Shown here one piece after another: positions 24,523 through 36,699 of a DNA stretch of 64,000 nucleotides. Both the position numbers and the translations under genes were made by a program. The notes beneath the pieces were generated by a model. The model was not told the origin of the DNA. It searched no databases and was given only the letters and a program-made list of their open reading frames with translations. Source of the DNA: Eukaryota sp. TZLM1-RC (Eukaryota > Protista > Metamonada: BaSk clade); NCBI GenBank assembly GCA_040285825.1, contig JAUPSS010000002.1:1488001-1552000 (forward strand), given 5' to 3'. The number at the start of each line of letters is the position of its first letter. Positions within the stretch are counted from its first letter, which is position 1.

Positions 24523-24724
24523 AATTAGATTTTCAATATAATCTTTCAAATTTACTGAGCAGTTTTGAACATCTTTAGGAGACATCTAATATTTAGACTC
24601 TTTTGAGGAAATATATTGTTTCTAGAATTCGAATCTCAAAAAATCTGTTGGTTTGAATCGAAAATACAATTAATTATTGTTTTTTTATAAATAACTATTT
24701 ACAAACAAAAGGGACATCCCAGAT

Positions 24725-25372
24725 TTAAATGAAGAAAGCGACAGAGCGTCTTGGAGCTCTCTTCTTCACCATTTGCCGTTGAAGCTGGACCTTTGATACT
24801 CTGTTGTTAGATACCAATGCAGACTTCTTCACATTGAGCAAATGAATTCGACGACGAATAAAAGCACGGTTTTGTTGTCTCAATATATGACCCAAACAAA
24901 GTTTTCCTTTACGTTTGCTGAGTCGCAAATCCAAAGAGATGGGGGGAGATCGTTTGGCAGGATTAACATTAACAACAAAGGAATAGGAACATGGTTTTGG
25001 TTGAACTTTGGACTGTTTAAGCTTGGAATTGGCACCAAGGACTGCATTACCCATTGTAGAAAAGGAACGTGCCTTCATTATCTTTTGTTCAAGGAACTGC
25101 TGCCTTCTTCTTCTAGCGAATTCAGATCGCCACACCGATTTGGAGTCTGTGGAAACTCGGTTGACTAATTGTTTGAGTATGCGTTTTCTGCGTACCCGCT
25201 CAACGGCAATAGTTCCAAGACTAGATGCAGTGGCTTTTCGTCTGGATTCAATGGCCTTTCTTCTAGCACCAGCCAATAAACGTCTCACAGAAGCCGTATC
25301 TGCATTGGACAATCTTTCATGATGTCTGTCGTATAGTGGAAATGAGTACCATGCTTGCTGTTTCATTCTCAA
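24725..25372 (-). CDS. Hypothetical Arg/Lys-rich basic protein (start uncertain)
   Basis: 215-aa ORF convergent with TAF1B. Confidence 0.5.
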   Translation of the reverse strand: MRMKQQAWYSFPLYDRHHERLSNADTASVRRLLAGARRKAIESRRKATASSLGTIAVERVRRKRILKQLVNRVSTDSKSVWRSEFARRRRQQFLEQKIMKARSFSTMGNAVLGANSKLKQSKVQPKPCSYSFVVNVNPAKRSPPISLDLRLSKRKGKLCLGHILRQQNRAFIRRRIHLLNVKKSALVSNNRVSKVQLQRQMVKKRAPRRSVAFFI

Positions 25373-25719
25373 TCGATCAAATAAATGCCAATTAAATGAA
25401 CTATGTGGTTTTTAAGGAAGATTAGTAGATGTACAGGATTTCAAATGGCTGCTAATCTTGATTGCTGATAGAAGTAACTGATAAGATTGTATTAATTGAT
25501 AAAGATGATAGGGATTATGATACCTAAACCAATTGTGGTTGGTTTAGATTTAGAGATATAATAGGTCACTAATATATGATTGCGATACTTGAATCATTCT
25601 AAAAGGGAGCTTTTGGTAGGATGTGGTGCATTAGATTTCAGGATATTGGTTTGGATCTCAGTCAATCTCTGAGGTTTACCGGCACCATTTATTCTCCTTT
25701 GTGATCAATTTCTTCACCA

Positions 25720-27516
25720 ATGGCCGCACTTCGCACTTTCAGAAGAGTACAGGCCAAATACACTGATGAAGGATCAACAGTAGGACTTGCTGAAGTTGCT
25801 CAAGAGCTCTTTTCCAGTTCCAAAAAGCGTATTGATCCTTTTGCGACCCGTTTCACCTCTCTTACATTATCTAACTTCGATGACAGTCATGAGTTACACA
25901 ATACGTCTTTTGCGAACAAAGTACTAGCCACTGCTTCTCTTGCTGTTGAAGTTCGAACTCAACTGATATCTCGAATGCGAACTGAACTGATCAAGAATAC
26001 AGATGCTGCCTTAAAATCCCTCAATAGGAGGAGACTAAAATGCGACAACCCAACAAGGTTAAACAATGATGGAGTGAACATCACCAGCAATTTCCATTCT
26101 TCAAGGTTGATGTTAACGTCTTTGGCCCCATTGGAAATTTCTTCTTTAATACTTCCAGGTTCATCTGATGTTGGTAGTGTTAAAGGCAAAATCAAGGTGA
26201 ATTTTGATGAACTCGAACTTTTGCAAGTAGAACCTGTTAATCATTCACCCAAAAACTTTACACAAGAGCCTGGTTACGTTAATTCAAATGAATCTCTATT
26301 TAATCCTTTGAACCGCTTATTTAGGTATCGAAAGGGTGGGTGCTTCTTTATGGAAGTATTTGATGAAATGACTAACGATTTGCTTCCATTGGACCAGATT
26401 CACGTTCGACAAATTGATTATGATGTCACCAAAATGGAGTTTCCCTTATTGGATAGCAATTCTATAGAAAACTGGATAGGTGACGTTTCACAGTCAGAAG
26501 CACAAGAAACTGAAAATTTTACCCCAAACTCTGTCGATTTGTTCCAAGATAACAAGCTTTTACTGGAAAATTCACTAGCTTCTACTTCTTTCATTGATGA
26601 TAAAGTTAGTGTTGTTTCTGATTTGCCAAATATAGACTTAGATGAAGTAAATTTAGATGTATTCAATGATGAAGCAGCAGTTGTTCCTTTGAGGATCCCT
26701 ATTGTCCCCAACAATACTGTACGATTTGAGCAAACAAGTGATGTTGGAAATGGAAAAAAAGAAAGAAAGAAAAGAGCTGGAAATAGAACTTGTCTAGTAA
26801 ACTTTTCGGAAGTTGATTGCTACTCAGCTGATATTTTTGACATGATTGATTGTGAAAGGCCTGCTGTCGCACTGAAACCAAGACCTATTCAAAACAAAAC
26901 TATTCCCATTGAAAAGAATAATATCTTTGAAATTAATACACTAAGTAAGTCGTTTCATGACCCACTCAGTTCAATTTCTCCTATTTTTAACCTTATTTAT
27001 GGTGATTTTGTTTCAAATTCCATTAATGGATTTGATTCAGAGAGATTCAATGTCTTCGATTCAAATTTAAGTATCAATTCCCTGACAATAGCCGAACATT
27101 TTAGTCCTCCTCCTATTACCCTAGGGAACGATCTTAACGAAGATTCACTCAATCATGAATCCATTGACTTGGAGGAGCCGATAGCTCTAAAAACAAGGAC
27201 AGGTATTGTTGAAAGGGAGCTAAAGACAGCTTTAATGGAAAGAAATAATGATAATTCTGTACCAATTGCTCAAATGGCCAAGCTAATTGCTCCCAAGATA
27301 TCTAGTGGGGAAATTTCTAACCTAAAGCAACAAATTCAAATTGATTCAAGGTCAACCGCTAGACATCACTTTGTATCTCTATTGCATTTGGCACACAATA
27401 TCAATGTTAAAACTGATGAAATTCCTTTTGAATGCAAATCCTTGAAGGGGAAACAACTTAGACTCAGATTATGTACTAATGGAATGGTAACTTACGATTT
27501 AGGGAATAAAAATTAA
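25720..27516 (+). CDS. Divergent kleisin, condensin subunit CAP-H/barren-like
   Basis: 598-aa ORF; C-terminal FVSLLHLAHN resembles the CAP-H FxxLLHLAN motif, with an acidic low-complexity middle. Confidence 0.5.
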   Translation: MAALRTFRRVQAKYTDEGSTVGLAEVAQELFSSSKKRIDPFATRFTSLTLSNFDDSHELHNTSFANKVLATASLAVEVRTQLISRMRTELIKNTDAALKSLNRRRLKCDNPTRLNNDGVNITSNFHSSRLMLTSLAPLEISSLILPGSSDVGSVKGKIKVNFDELELLQVEPVNHSPKNFTQEPGYVNSNESLFNPLNRLFRYRKGGCFFMEVFDEMTNDLLPLDQIHVRQIDYDVTKMEFPLLDSNSIENWIGDVSQSEAQETENFTPNSVDLFQDNKLLLENSLASTSFIDDKVSVVSDLPNIDLDEVNLDVFNDEAAVVPLRIPIVPNNTVRFEQTSDVGNGKKERKKRAGNRTCLVNFSEVDCYSADIFDMIDCERPAVALKPRPIQNKTIPIEKNNIFEINTLSKSFHDPLSSISPIFNLIYGDFVSNSINGFDSERFNVFDSNLSINSLTIAEHFSPPPITLGNDLNEDSLNHESIDLEEPIALKTRTGIVERELKTALMERNNDNSVPIAQMAKLIAPKISSGEISNLKQQIQIDSRSTARHHFVSLLHLAHNINVKTDEIPFECKSLKGKQLRLRLCTNGMVTYDLGNKN

Positions 27517-28678
27517 ATAAAATTAATAATAATTAAAATAGTAATTAAAAGCTGATTAACTTTACTGGGGCTAATTTGAAGGATTGCCTAGTTTCGTATG
27601 TTGACTAATGGTTAGGTTCCCCAACCATTCCCCAAATCTTTGACTTCCTTTTGGAATGTTTGTTAACCTCCTACTTCATTACTTAGATCACTAGGGTGTT
27701 TACTGTGTCTTACCCTATCACTAAGTAAAATTCATCAAAAGGGAAACAACACTCTTAATTTTTGAGGCAACATCTCCGATGGAACATTATTTAGATGGTG
27801 AACAAAAGACAAACAAAAATGGTTAAAAGAATTTTTTTGATGACTGTCAACAATGGGGTCGTAAACATCACATGAGAAAACAGGAAATTGTTTGAAAATT
27901 GTTGAATAAAAGCAATTCGAGTGAATCTTGGGTAAAACTGCTTTGTGGTATTAAATGATTGTTTAAAATCGTCGAAAATAGAAATGACGTAATTGTTGAT
28001 ACGGTTTGGCAAAATAAAATTGAATTTTCTATTTTGAAATAAAGGGGAAGCTACGTCTAGCTTAGGCTACCAATTTTACTTATTACGAAAAGTTATGTGA
28101 ACGTGACGTGGTGATGTGAAATTGGATTAAGGACTATCTCCACATTCAATTCTCCATCATTTCTCTTGCCATAAGGCATCATCCTCTGTATTCTGATGGC
28201 TATCGAAAATTGTTGTTCGTACTACCATTATTTCGAACCACAATTTTTGAAGGGGCCTTTACAGAAAATGTTCAGGAACAGTAACTACAGCCAGTATTCA
28301 AACTTAATTCATTAGGCCAACCTATGTGCCTCACATTTAAAAAACGAAGAGAAGAGTATGAGATACAGATACTTCCATTTCTAGGTGAAAAAAATATTGT
28401 ACATTTGTTTTGTTGTTCGATTGGTTGATGTCAAAGTTCCATTAACAAACATGTATTTTTTTGTTTTTTGTATTGGACGATAAAGTTATAGCTGTCAAAG
28501 TACTTATTAACGATAAACGGATTTCTCTTCTCTATCCAACATTATCAATTCATAGTTGCAGTAAACAAAGATTGTACTAAACCTAGCAGGGTCTTCATTT
28601 CATGCAAATGTTGAGAACACAGAATTTCGAACTAATATTAAGCATCAAGAGTCTACGAAATTTGTCAAAGTATAAGCT

Positions 28679-29728
28679 ATGAACGAAACGTATCCCCGTG
28701 AAACAGTTCCCTTCAAGTTTGGGTGTCCCTTTCTGTCACTACCTGATGACAGCATAAACCACTCTTCACATCATCTTTTATCGACTGATTTTCCTGTTGT
28801 CGCAAGTGTTATTACCTTTTCTGACTTCAACTATGTTATCAATGTTTCTCTTTCCACCCCTGAACCCACTTCGGAAACATCTAATCTACTACCTATCTTT
28901 CTCAAATCACTGCAGAGATCACTTTCTCCATCCCACCCACTGGTCATATCTAGCTCTCTGCTCAAAGTCCTTGGTGTTTCTAGTGCACTAGATTTCTTTT
29001 CTTTTCGAGAACTTTGTTTTCTTAAGTCATCTGAACCTTCATTTGCTACATGTATCTCTATTTACTCAGTTCTTTCTTTTGATGTTATGTACCAACCACT
29101 TTTCAATTCCGAAGAGATACGGCTGCGACAAGTAAAAGATCTTGAAGACTTGGATTTTGCATACACTCTGTTTGAGAAAAGCTTTCCACCGACTGAATTT
29201 TCTCCAAGATCCAAGTTTGAAGATTTAATTCTCAATGGAACTGGTAATTCGACTATTTGTTTTTATTTATTTACAGTATTGTTTAATAAGGAACCAGCTT
29301 CAGCCTTTACTATTTTCCGAACCCCTAAATTTGACATGATTGAATTATTTGCCGTTGAATTGAAATTTAGAAATAATGGTCTTGGCAAGACAATATTAAC
29401 TAAAATTAAACAAATATTAAGGAGTTGCAAGGATTTTCCATTAATTTTAGAAGTTGAAGATCCCAGATTTGCTGAAAATGATTCTGAATTCGATACATCT
29501 ACTAGAAGAATTGGATTTTATGGGCGCAATGGGTTCAATTTATATCAAACTTGCTCTCAGAATCAGTATTTATTGCCCCCTTTGAGAAGTGACACTCAAC
29601 CTGTTCCTTTAAGTCTAATGTCGTTTCCTTCTAAAATTGATGAATATAGTTTTAAAGTTTTCAGAGAAATCTTACATTTGGATGTTTATCAGCAAAAAAA
29701 AGTTATTTGTACTGGTAGTCTTAATTGA
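28679..29728 (+). CDS. Protein with C-terminal GNAT acetyltransferase of bacterial type
   Basis: IELFAV..KFRNNGLGK (motif A), LILEVEDP and RRIGFYGRNGF. Confidence 0.8.
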   Translation: MNETYPRETVPFKFGCPFLSLPDDSINHSSHHLLSTDFPVVASVITFSDFNYVINVSLSTPEPTSETSNLLPIFLKSLQRSLSPSHPLVISSSLLKVLGVSSALDFFSFRELCFLKSSEPSFATCISIYSVLSFDVMYQPLFNSEEIRLRQVKDLEDLDFAYTLFEKSFPPTEFSPRSKFEDLILNGTGNSTICFYLFTVLFNKEPASAFTIFRTPKFDMIELFAVELKFRNNGLGKTILTKIKQILRSCKDFPLILEVEDPRFAENDSEFDTSTRRIGFYGRNGFNLYQTCSQNQYLLPPLRSDTQPVPLSLMSFPSKIDEYSFKVFREILHLDVYQQKKVICTGSLN

Positions 29729-29737
29729 TTTACTGAC

Positions 29738-30868
29738 TTATTTATTTATTTCTTGTGAAATTCCATCGCAAAAGTCATTATTTTCAATAAAGATATCAAA
29801 TGCAGTCGCAATTGTTTTTTCTTCTACTCCAATAAATTTAAATTCCAAATAATAATTCAACACAAATCTTGGTTTTTTCCGGGAACTTGGACAATGTTTG
29901 GGTATATACAAATTTAAATTTAAAATGTAAGATAAAGGAGAAATGGCAATTCTTTGTGATTTTAATGATTTTTTTGATATTAATTCATTATCTAATGAAA
30001 ATAATTCTGACATTAAATTGACATCAATAGAGGAAAGGCCGAAATGGAGGTCATTATTCAGTAAAATTTGACATTTCAACAGACTTCCGCTGACTACTTT
30101 TGAATTTGCTTTAATTTCAGCAAAGAAAAAACCATCTAGTACAACTTTTTTAATTTTATTTAAAATGTTCCAATTTAAATCATTTCTTTCAATTCGTTTC
30201 CTAACATAATTTTGCCCCTCAGTGTTGGAAAGTTTTGTGATAGTAATTGCAGAGTACCTATTCCAATCGAAAACGCAATCAAAAGAACAATCAGATGATG
30301 TGATAGTAACTGGTAAAGTGATTGAGCTTCTACGGAGTGAACTGTCAACCACATCAACAATCAAATCTGATTGAACACTAATTGCAAGACCAGATTCCCC
30401 AGTTGTGGGTTCTGCTTGAGAAGGAATGTGTACATCCAGAAGAAAGTAACAAGATCCTTTGGGGACGATGGTAAATCTTGATGATACAATAGATGGTGAG
30501 GTTGAAAATATAATGTGTTCAAAAGGAGAGTTTGTAACTGAGTAATCTACCAGTTTAGAGAATGTAGAATCAGAAACTTGTGAAAGAGAAGATTTAATTT
30601 TGGACAGGTCGTCTAATACTCTATATTGAGCCTCGTTGAATGGTTCAGGGGAAGGATGTCGGAAAAGAGTAGAGTTGTTAACTTTTGTAGTAACCACTTT
30701 GCTGAGGAATTGGCATGAAACGAGATTAAGAGTAAGTTGTTTTGAGCAATGATTGTCGATGCATAGAAGAAATTTACAACGTTGGTTAGGTATTGCTTGT
30801 GAGGTTAACGGACGTAGGAAGCATCGAAACTTTGAACATTGAACATGTGAAGGACCAAACACAGACAT
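29738..30868 (-). CDS. Hypothetical protein, possible arrestin/Rgp1-like beta-sandwich
   Basis: Long ORF, first ATG at 30868; C-terminal L.IP..CPSS....F.L.YYLEFKF. Confidence 0.5.
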   Translation of the reverse strand: MSVFGPSHVQCSKFRCFLRPLTSQAIPNQRCKFLLCIDNHCSKQLTLNLVSCQFLSKVVTTKVNNSTLFRHPSPEPFNEAQYRVLDDLSKIKSSLSQVSDSTFSKLVDYSVTNSPFEHIIFSTSPSIVSSRFTIVPKGSCYFLLDVHIPSQAEPTTGESGLAISVQSDLIVDVVDSSLRRSSITLPVTITSSDCSFDCVFDWNRYSAITITKLSNTEGQNYVRKRIERNDLNWNILNKIKKVVLDGFFFAEIKANSKVVSGSLLKCQILLNNDLHFGLSSIDVNLMSELFSLDNELISKKSLKSQRIAISPLSYILNLNLYIPKHCPSSRKKPRFVLNYYLEFKFIGVEEKTIATAFDIFIENNDFCDGISQEINK

Positions 30869-30882
30869 AAATGGAATACTTG

Positions 30883-33800
30883 TCACTTTATGGAAAGAAC
30901 CAAAAATGTTACAGATTCACTGTAGTAAAAGGCTATAACTTTTAACAAATATGGAGGCTTCTCACCAACACTATCCTCTACAAAATAATCTGCGGTTGCC
31001 TTGGTTTTGATACATGCTAACTTGTTATGACTCCATACCTTATCCTTTCCATCACATTCTTCTCTACAAACATCAGATTGACATCTTAACAAAGCATGAC
31101 ATTTCACAGTAGGATATTTCTCTCTCATCCAATGCCTAGGATTCTCAACATCAAGAAACACTTTTACTGGTTTATAACAAGTTGGACACTTTGAAGATAT
31201 GTTTCTTTCATCAACTAAACATACCGTATAACCATTTCTCTTAAAGAAATTTCTCCATCCAACTCCTCTACTTAAAAAGCATTTAGAATATGTAAATGTT
31301 TTTGAGATCGTTGATGCTTTAAATTTTTTGTCTTATTGCCATTGTCACCAAACATTAGCATAGTGTCTTCTTGCTTCCATTGCTTCTCAGCCATTCTTTT
31401 TAATAACTTAGCCTCTGCTTTTGATGATGGACATATCTTTGCATTTTCTGAATGTGCCATATCATTAAACAGTAGTAATAAAATGTAAATGTAATGTTTA
31501 TCAGCTTGGAAGAAACATAAGAATAGAAATTGTTATAAATAAAAGATTTTGATGATTCTTTTGGTTGTACCATCTGTTTCTTCCACTGTGATTCCAATTT
31601 GTAAAATAAACTCTTTCTTTTTCAATTTTCTGAATTTTTGGTGAACTTTCGACACCCTTGACCACTCCAATTCTGTTAATCTCAGCCACTCATATTGTTT
31701 ATCTCTTTTTTATTTCTCTTTTTTTATTTGTAAATCTCTTTTACCAGGGTCAATATGTACTTTGTGTTTTGATGATAGAAATTCAACATCAAAATCATCC
31801 AAATAGTTTTCAGTGGTTGCATACTTTGCACTATCAGGCTTGAATGACATGCCAATACAATCCTTTCTTGCAAGCTCAATACAGGCTGCAAAACCATCAG
31901 TTTTAATGGTTTTGTTAAATTTGTAGTCTTTTTTAGTAAATGGTCTATTAAATTCAACAAAAAATGACCAAAATAAATTTTGTTCATCTGGACTCAAATG
32001 TCTAATGTCAGTCATTGAATTCCACTCGGAATTATTTTTCTTGTCATTAATTTCATCATTTGGAAAAAAAAGAACGCAAAATACCCAATAGTCCTTGGCT
32101 ATCAACTTCAAAAGATCCAGGATTTTCATGACGTGCAATTGGAATAGCATTAAATGTTTTTCCCTCAGCTTCTTCTATAAAATTATTTATTTTGATAGCT
32201 GATTTGACACAAGATTGGGGATGCTTTTGCACAGTGGAAAGTAATGATTTAACTTCAATAGACTGCTCCTCATCTTTTGAATTTTGTAGTACAATAGATA
32301 TAGGAAAAACTGAATTCATCCAATTCTCATCGTTCAATAACTTACAACTTTTGGGATGAGTACTGTTTAAAAGAACAGTTTTTGCTGATTGATTGAAACA
32401 ATTTTCACTGTCTTCGTTCAAAATTTCATCATCAGAAAGTTCAATGAAATTATCATTTTTATCATCAGTAGTCGGAAAATTGTTACAATTAGTTTGAAGA
32501 AATAGATTTGTGACTTGATGTAACCTTCACCGAAAAACAGACGTTTCTCTCTGGGTCATCTCTTCTTCAACCTCCATTTTCTCAAAATATAGATTAATAA
32601 ATTTTTCAAAATATTGAGCACACCTCATTTGTATATTGACTTCTAAATTGGTTTCATAGTTTCTGCGATGAAGGCCCTCAATCTAGTATAATGATTAATG
32701 GTAATACCACCATTTTTTTCCAGCAACTGCTTATAATTATTTTCTACAAAATTTTTCAAGTCCTCAATGATTAAAGCAGGTTTACCCCTTTCATTGAGTT
32801 CAATATTGTGTTTAATGGCAGAAATTTTACTGAGAAACATTTGAACGTGTTCTACTTCTTTTCAAGTTCTCACAGGAAAATCTTGGCCATTCTCAGTTTA
32901 ATGTAGAAGAAATAATTTGAGACAATATGACGTGTTCATTTTTAATCTGTGAACCAATGGAGCTTAATATTTTAACAAAAGTTCCAATTTTCTATGCTTG
33001 ACAATAGATTTCAATGTGGTTTTGTTAGTAACAAAAGTAGGTCGAACCACCTTGTTTGATTGAAAGAGTAGCAATAATTTTAAACCAAGCACACTATGTT
33101 TGAATGAATAATTAATTGTATCTTGGGGTCTACTTCTAAAACAATCAATTGGTAAAGGTTTTAAATGTATCATGAAGATTCCCTTTAGACTAATTTAACA
33201 GGAACCAATTAAGGGACCTCATGGATTTATTCGACTTTGATGTAATAAATTCTTTTACACAGACAAATGAATCACAGATAGTTAAATCATTGAAATTTGA
33301 GGAAACTTTCTGCCAAACAACTGATAAAAATGGCTGGATATCTTCTGATTCCATTACTGAAGGAAAGGAATTTCCATAAATTTCCAACCTGTTGCACAAT
33401 ATTGGAACATCAAATTTTATAACATTAAAACCCGTCAAATCATCAGGTTTGTGTTGAGTTACAAATTTAACAAAAAGTAATAACAATTCTTCCTCCCCAT
33501 CAAAAGAGTAAATATATTTACAATGATCAGGAAGTTTCAACGTTCCTTGAGGTTTTTTTGCACATGAAGTAATAAAACTTTTTTGCATATAAAATTCATC
33601 TTTTTCAAATAGACCAAAGACATTAGATATTATGAAAACTTCTTGATTATTGACCCATTGTAATTGTTCCTCATTGCTCAATTTTATCAGGTAGTCAGCC
33701 TCTTTTTTCCTCATTTCGTTCATCTTTTGATTTATTTTTTTAGCTGGATTTTCATTTGTTGATTTCGTTTCAATATCAATGGCATGAACTGACCTTGGAA

Positions 33801-34217
33801 ATTTATCAGCTTTCAGTTCAGTAATACTGCTTCTTCTTATCATGGGTTTTTTATTACTATTTTTGCCTTTTTGTGTTTTTTTGTATTTGTCACTGGCCTT
33901 GGGCTTTTTCGGCTGAACCTCAATTTTTGGGGTCTTTACATCAATTTGAGGTATAGCTGAGGTATTTGAAGTTACACCATCAATTGTATTTTGCAGCAAT
34001 AATTCCTCAGCTGACTGTAAAGCCGTTTGAGTCATTTGAAGATTAAGTTTACGTCGTTTCTGTCTAGCACATAGATTTGACGGTAAATTTTTAACGAGCT
34101 CCTTGAATATTGATTTTGTTCTGTATCAAGCGGTGCAGAAGTTGAATCAATGCTAGGTGAATGACTATTTTTATGCTTAATTTTGGGTTTTCTAGTAGCC
34201 TTTAAAAATTTACTCAT
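30883..34217 (-). pseudogene. Degenerate DEDDy 3'-5' exonuclease-Fanzor1 fusion (locus A)
   Basis: ExoI AIDIETKS, ExoII LTGFNVIKFDVPIL and ExoIII-like NYSFKHSVL run directly into TNKTTLKSIVK (Fanzor1 N-terminus). Then FINLYF, IKTDG, RuvC-I HIDPGKRDL, LMFGD, RuvC-II LVDE...CPTC and CHALLRC...WSHNKLAC. Confidence 0.8.
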
Positions 34218-34299
34218 TTTTGCATTTAATTACAATGCAATTAGCACTAACCAAATAGGTCGAGATTAGGTCGGGATTTGTTACTAGCTACTCTGGTCC

Positions 34300-36530
34300 T
34301 TGGATGTTTATCTTCTACACACCAATCCTCATTCACCCTCCCCCCCCCCATCCCACCCCACTGTTTTATTTACTGATGATAATTCAGACGTTACTTTGTT
34401 TGATTCCTCACTTATGGCTCAATTGTCCCAAACTCTTGTTGGTATTAACAATTCATCTCTTATTATCCTTGTTAAATACATTATTGATTTTGATGTTTTA
34501 ACTTTTACTACTGATTCTATTATTTATTCAACTGTTCGTAATGCTACTGATGGGCATTTTGAGTTAACCAAAACTATTTTGACTATGAATAATGCCAATT
34601 TCCAAGGTCTTGAAGATAAAGCCTTAAGATGGTACTAAAGCTTCTGCAACCAATGTTGACCTTTCCAAAACTGATTCAAGCATTATGATTAATAATACTT
34701 GTTGTAATATCATTTTTTCAAACCAATTGCAACAATCTGAGGAATTCTAATGAAACTATGTTTCGAGAATCTGTTTTAAAAATAGTTAATTCTATTGTGG
34801 ATCTCTCTTTCCTTTCTGCTGCTGAACTATATAAGTTTTCCATTGAATTCAGAGTCGTAAATATTTCAACCATAGTTAACGATGATTTGCTGTCGATCAA
34901 CCCTTTTTCTGTTGATTTAACAATAGATGGAGATCCTAAACCAAATCCTGGTCTCAAAAAGAGAAGATCTAATTGTAAATCAACTCCTCCATCAAAAATT
35001 CTGAGACAAGAGACTTTTGACCAACAAGCGTCAGCGGAAAACACAACAAAAAACACTAAACCAAGAAATTTGTATTGAAAATACAATGTTGAATATCAAG
35101 AACAGGAAAGTTTGGACCATGAAGCAATTGAAACCGAGTATAGTCAAAAAAATCGAACCAAATCGTAGTGGCTTCAAGTCTGATTCTTTTATTCAATTAA
35201 GATCAATGACCACAAATCAAAATCTTCCCACTGTTATGTGCTTTGATCATGAAACCTATCAGGATGGTCAATTCTACCAAAATCATGATAACCAATTTCT
35301 CTTTCCTGATGAGATCATCAACAAGTAGAGAAAAAAAGGTGCAAATTATTTGAAACGAAAAACTGATGAGCAAATGGATGATTGTATTTCAGGTCCAAAA
35401 TCTTTTCAATTTCAAGTCTTGTTCGAAGGTTTAACCCCATAATTTGTTGTTGGAGAGTGAATATTGACTTGTTTTGGAAATGACTCCTCAAATCACCAGA
35501 TTACCTGACGATGGTATGGATATTCAGACAAAAATATTTTCTGACGAAAAACCCTTGCTTCGAAGGTTTTTAAAAATCATTGGTCATCATCAACCTCATT
35601 GTTTTCTGAATCACAATTTAATGCAGTTTGATTTACAGGGTTTAAATAATAGATTATTAAATTATTTTGATTTACCATTTCCCACTTTTCCAGATGATTC
35701 AACAATTAATTATAGCACTCAATCAACTTTCACCAAAATGGAGAGAAATTGTTATCAGGAAAAATGGCATTTTTCGTTTAGATACAGTCGTATTTGCCGA
35801 AATATTCATCAAAATCCAACATGGTCATAGTTTAGGCAATCTGGCGTATTATATGATTAGTGAAAAGAAAATGAAATGTCATCAGGAATTCATCAATATT
35901 TTACCTGTTGATTGTTTAGTCACTGCTTCATTTCGACAAAATTTAACTCAATATGGGCTACATGACTGTATACTATGTATCAAGCTTTTTGTATTGTTTG
36001 AAAAAGAAAAGTTCATTTTGCCATCTTATAACCCCATTCGTGCAACCGTCAACTCAATGGTTAAACATTCAAATGTTTTATTGAAACTGAAAGAAACTGC
36101 TTCAAAATTTCAACAATTACGAATACACACTTGTTGCTTAAAGATGAATTTACAGTTCCGTTCTGAACGCAACTGATGCTTACCTCGTGTTTCTGCCAAA
36201 TTGTATGAATCATTGATGGCAAGAATTCGTGATATCTCAGATGATTTTTATGAGCAACAACAGGTAAAACCAAAAGGGCGGTTGCACAGGATTCGGAAGA
36301 CTTTGGATATGGTGAAAAACATTTTAGCTTAACGACTACCTTTGAACAACAAAAGTTGAACAAAACTCTTGGTTATGTAGACCATTTGAGATATGGAAAT
36401 GAGTTTTTTCCACGATTTCCAACTGATGAGTTCAGTAGACCTCCCAAATAAATGGCACCAGTGACGTTTGCAAATTTTAAAAGTAATTTAAAATTAAATA
36501 ATGAAAAACATGTAAATAGTTTCATCAATG
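34300..36530 (+). pseudogene. Exonuclease-Fanzor1 fusion (locus B), 5' part
   Basis: ExoI CFDHET, FSDEKPLL, ExoII NHNLMQFD, HSLGNLA and ExoIII QYGLHDCIL, then PSYNPIRATVNSMVKH, colinear with locus A. The 5' boundary is uncertain. Confidence 0.75.
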
Positions 36531-36612
36531 TGTTGCCGAAGGTTGGAATGAAGGGTTAGATAAAGGTGATTTATGTTCATATTCATATTATAGAAGCCTA
36601 AGGGCGCCAACA
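36531..36612 (-). repeat. 3' LTR (82 bp)
   Basis: TGTTGCCGAAGG...GGCGCCAACA, matching 39194-39275. Confidence 0.93.
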
Positions 36613-36699
36613 CTGCTTCTCCCCCTTTTCTAAATCAATCGGCTTTATAGTGAATATCTAACTATCACTAATAAAGAATAAACTAAACTAATTTCTATC

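Noticed and set aside
27600-28600. Possible degenerate transposase between the kleisin-like and GNAT genes
   Set aside because: No recognisable motif, TIR or long ORF.
33190-36176. Viral/Polinton or host DNA polymerase B gene
   Set aside because: Only exonuclease motifs are present. No palm motifs, capsid, ATPase or Polinton integrase are visible, and the sequence after ExoIII is Fanzor.
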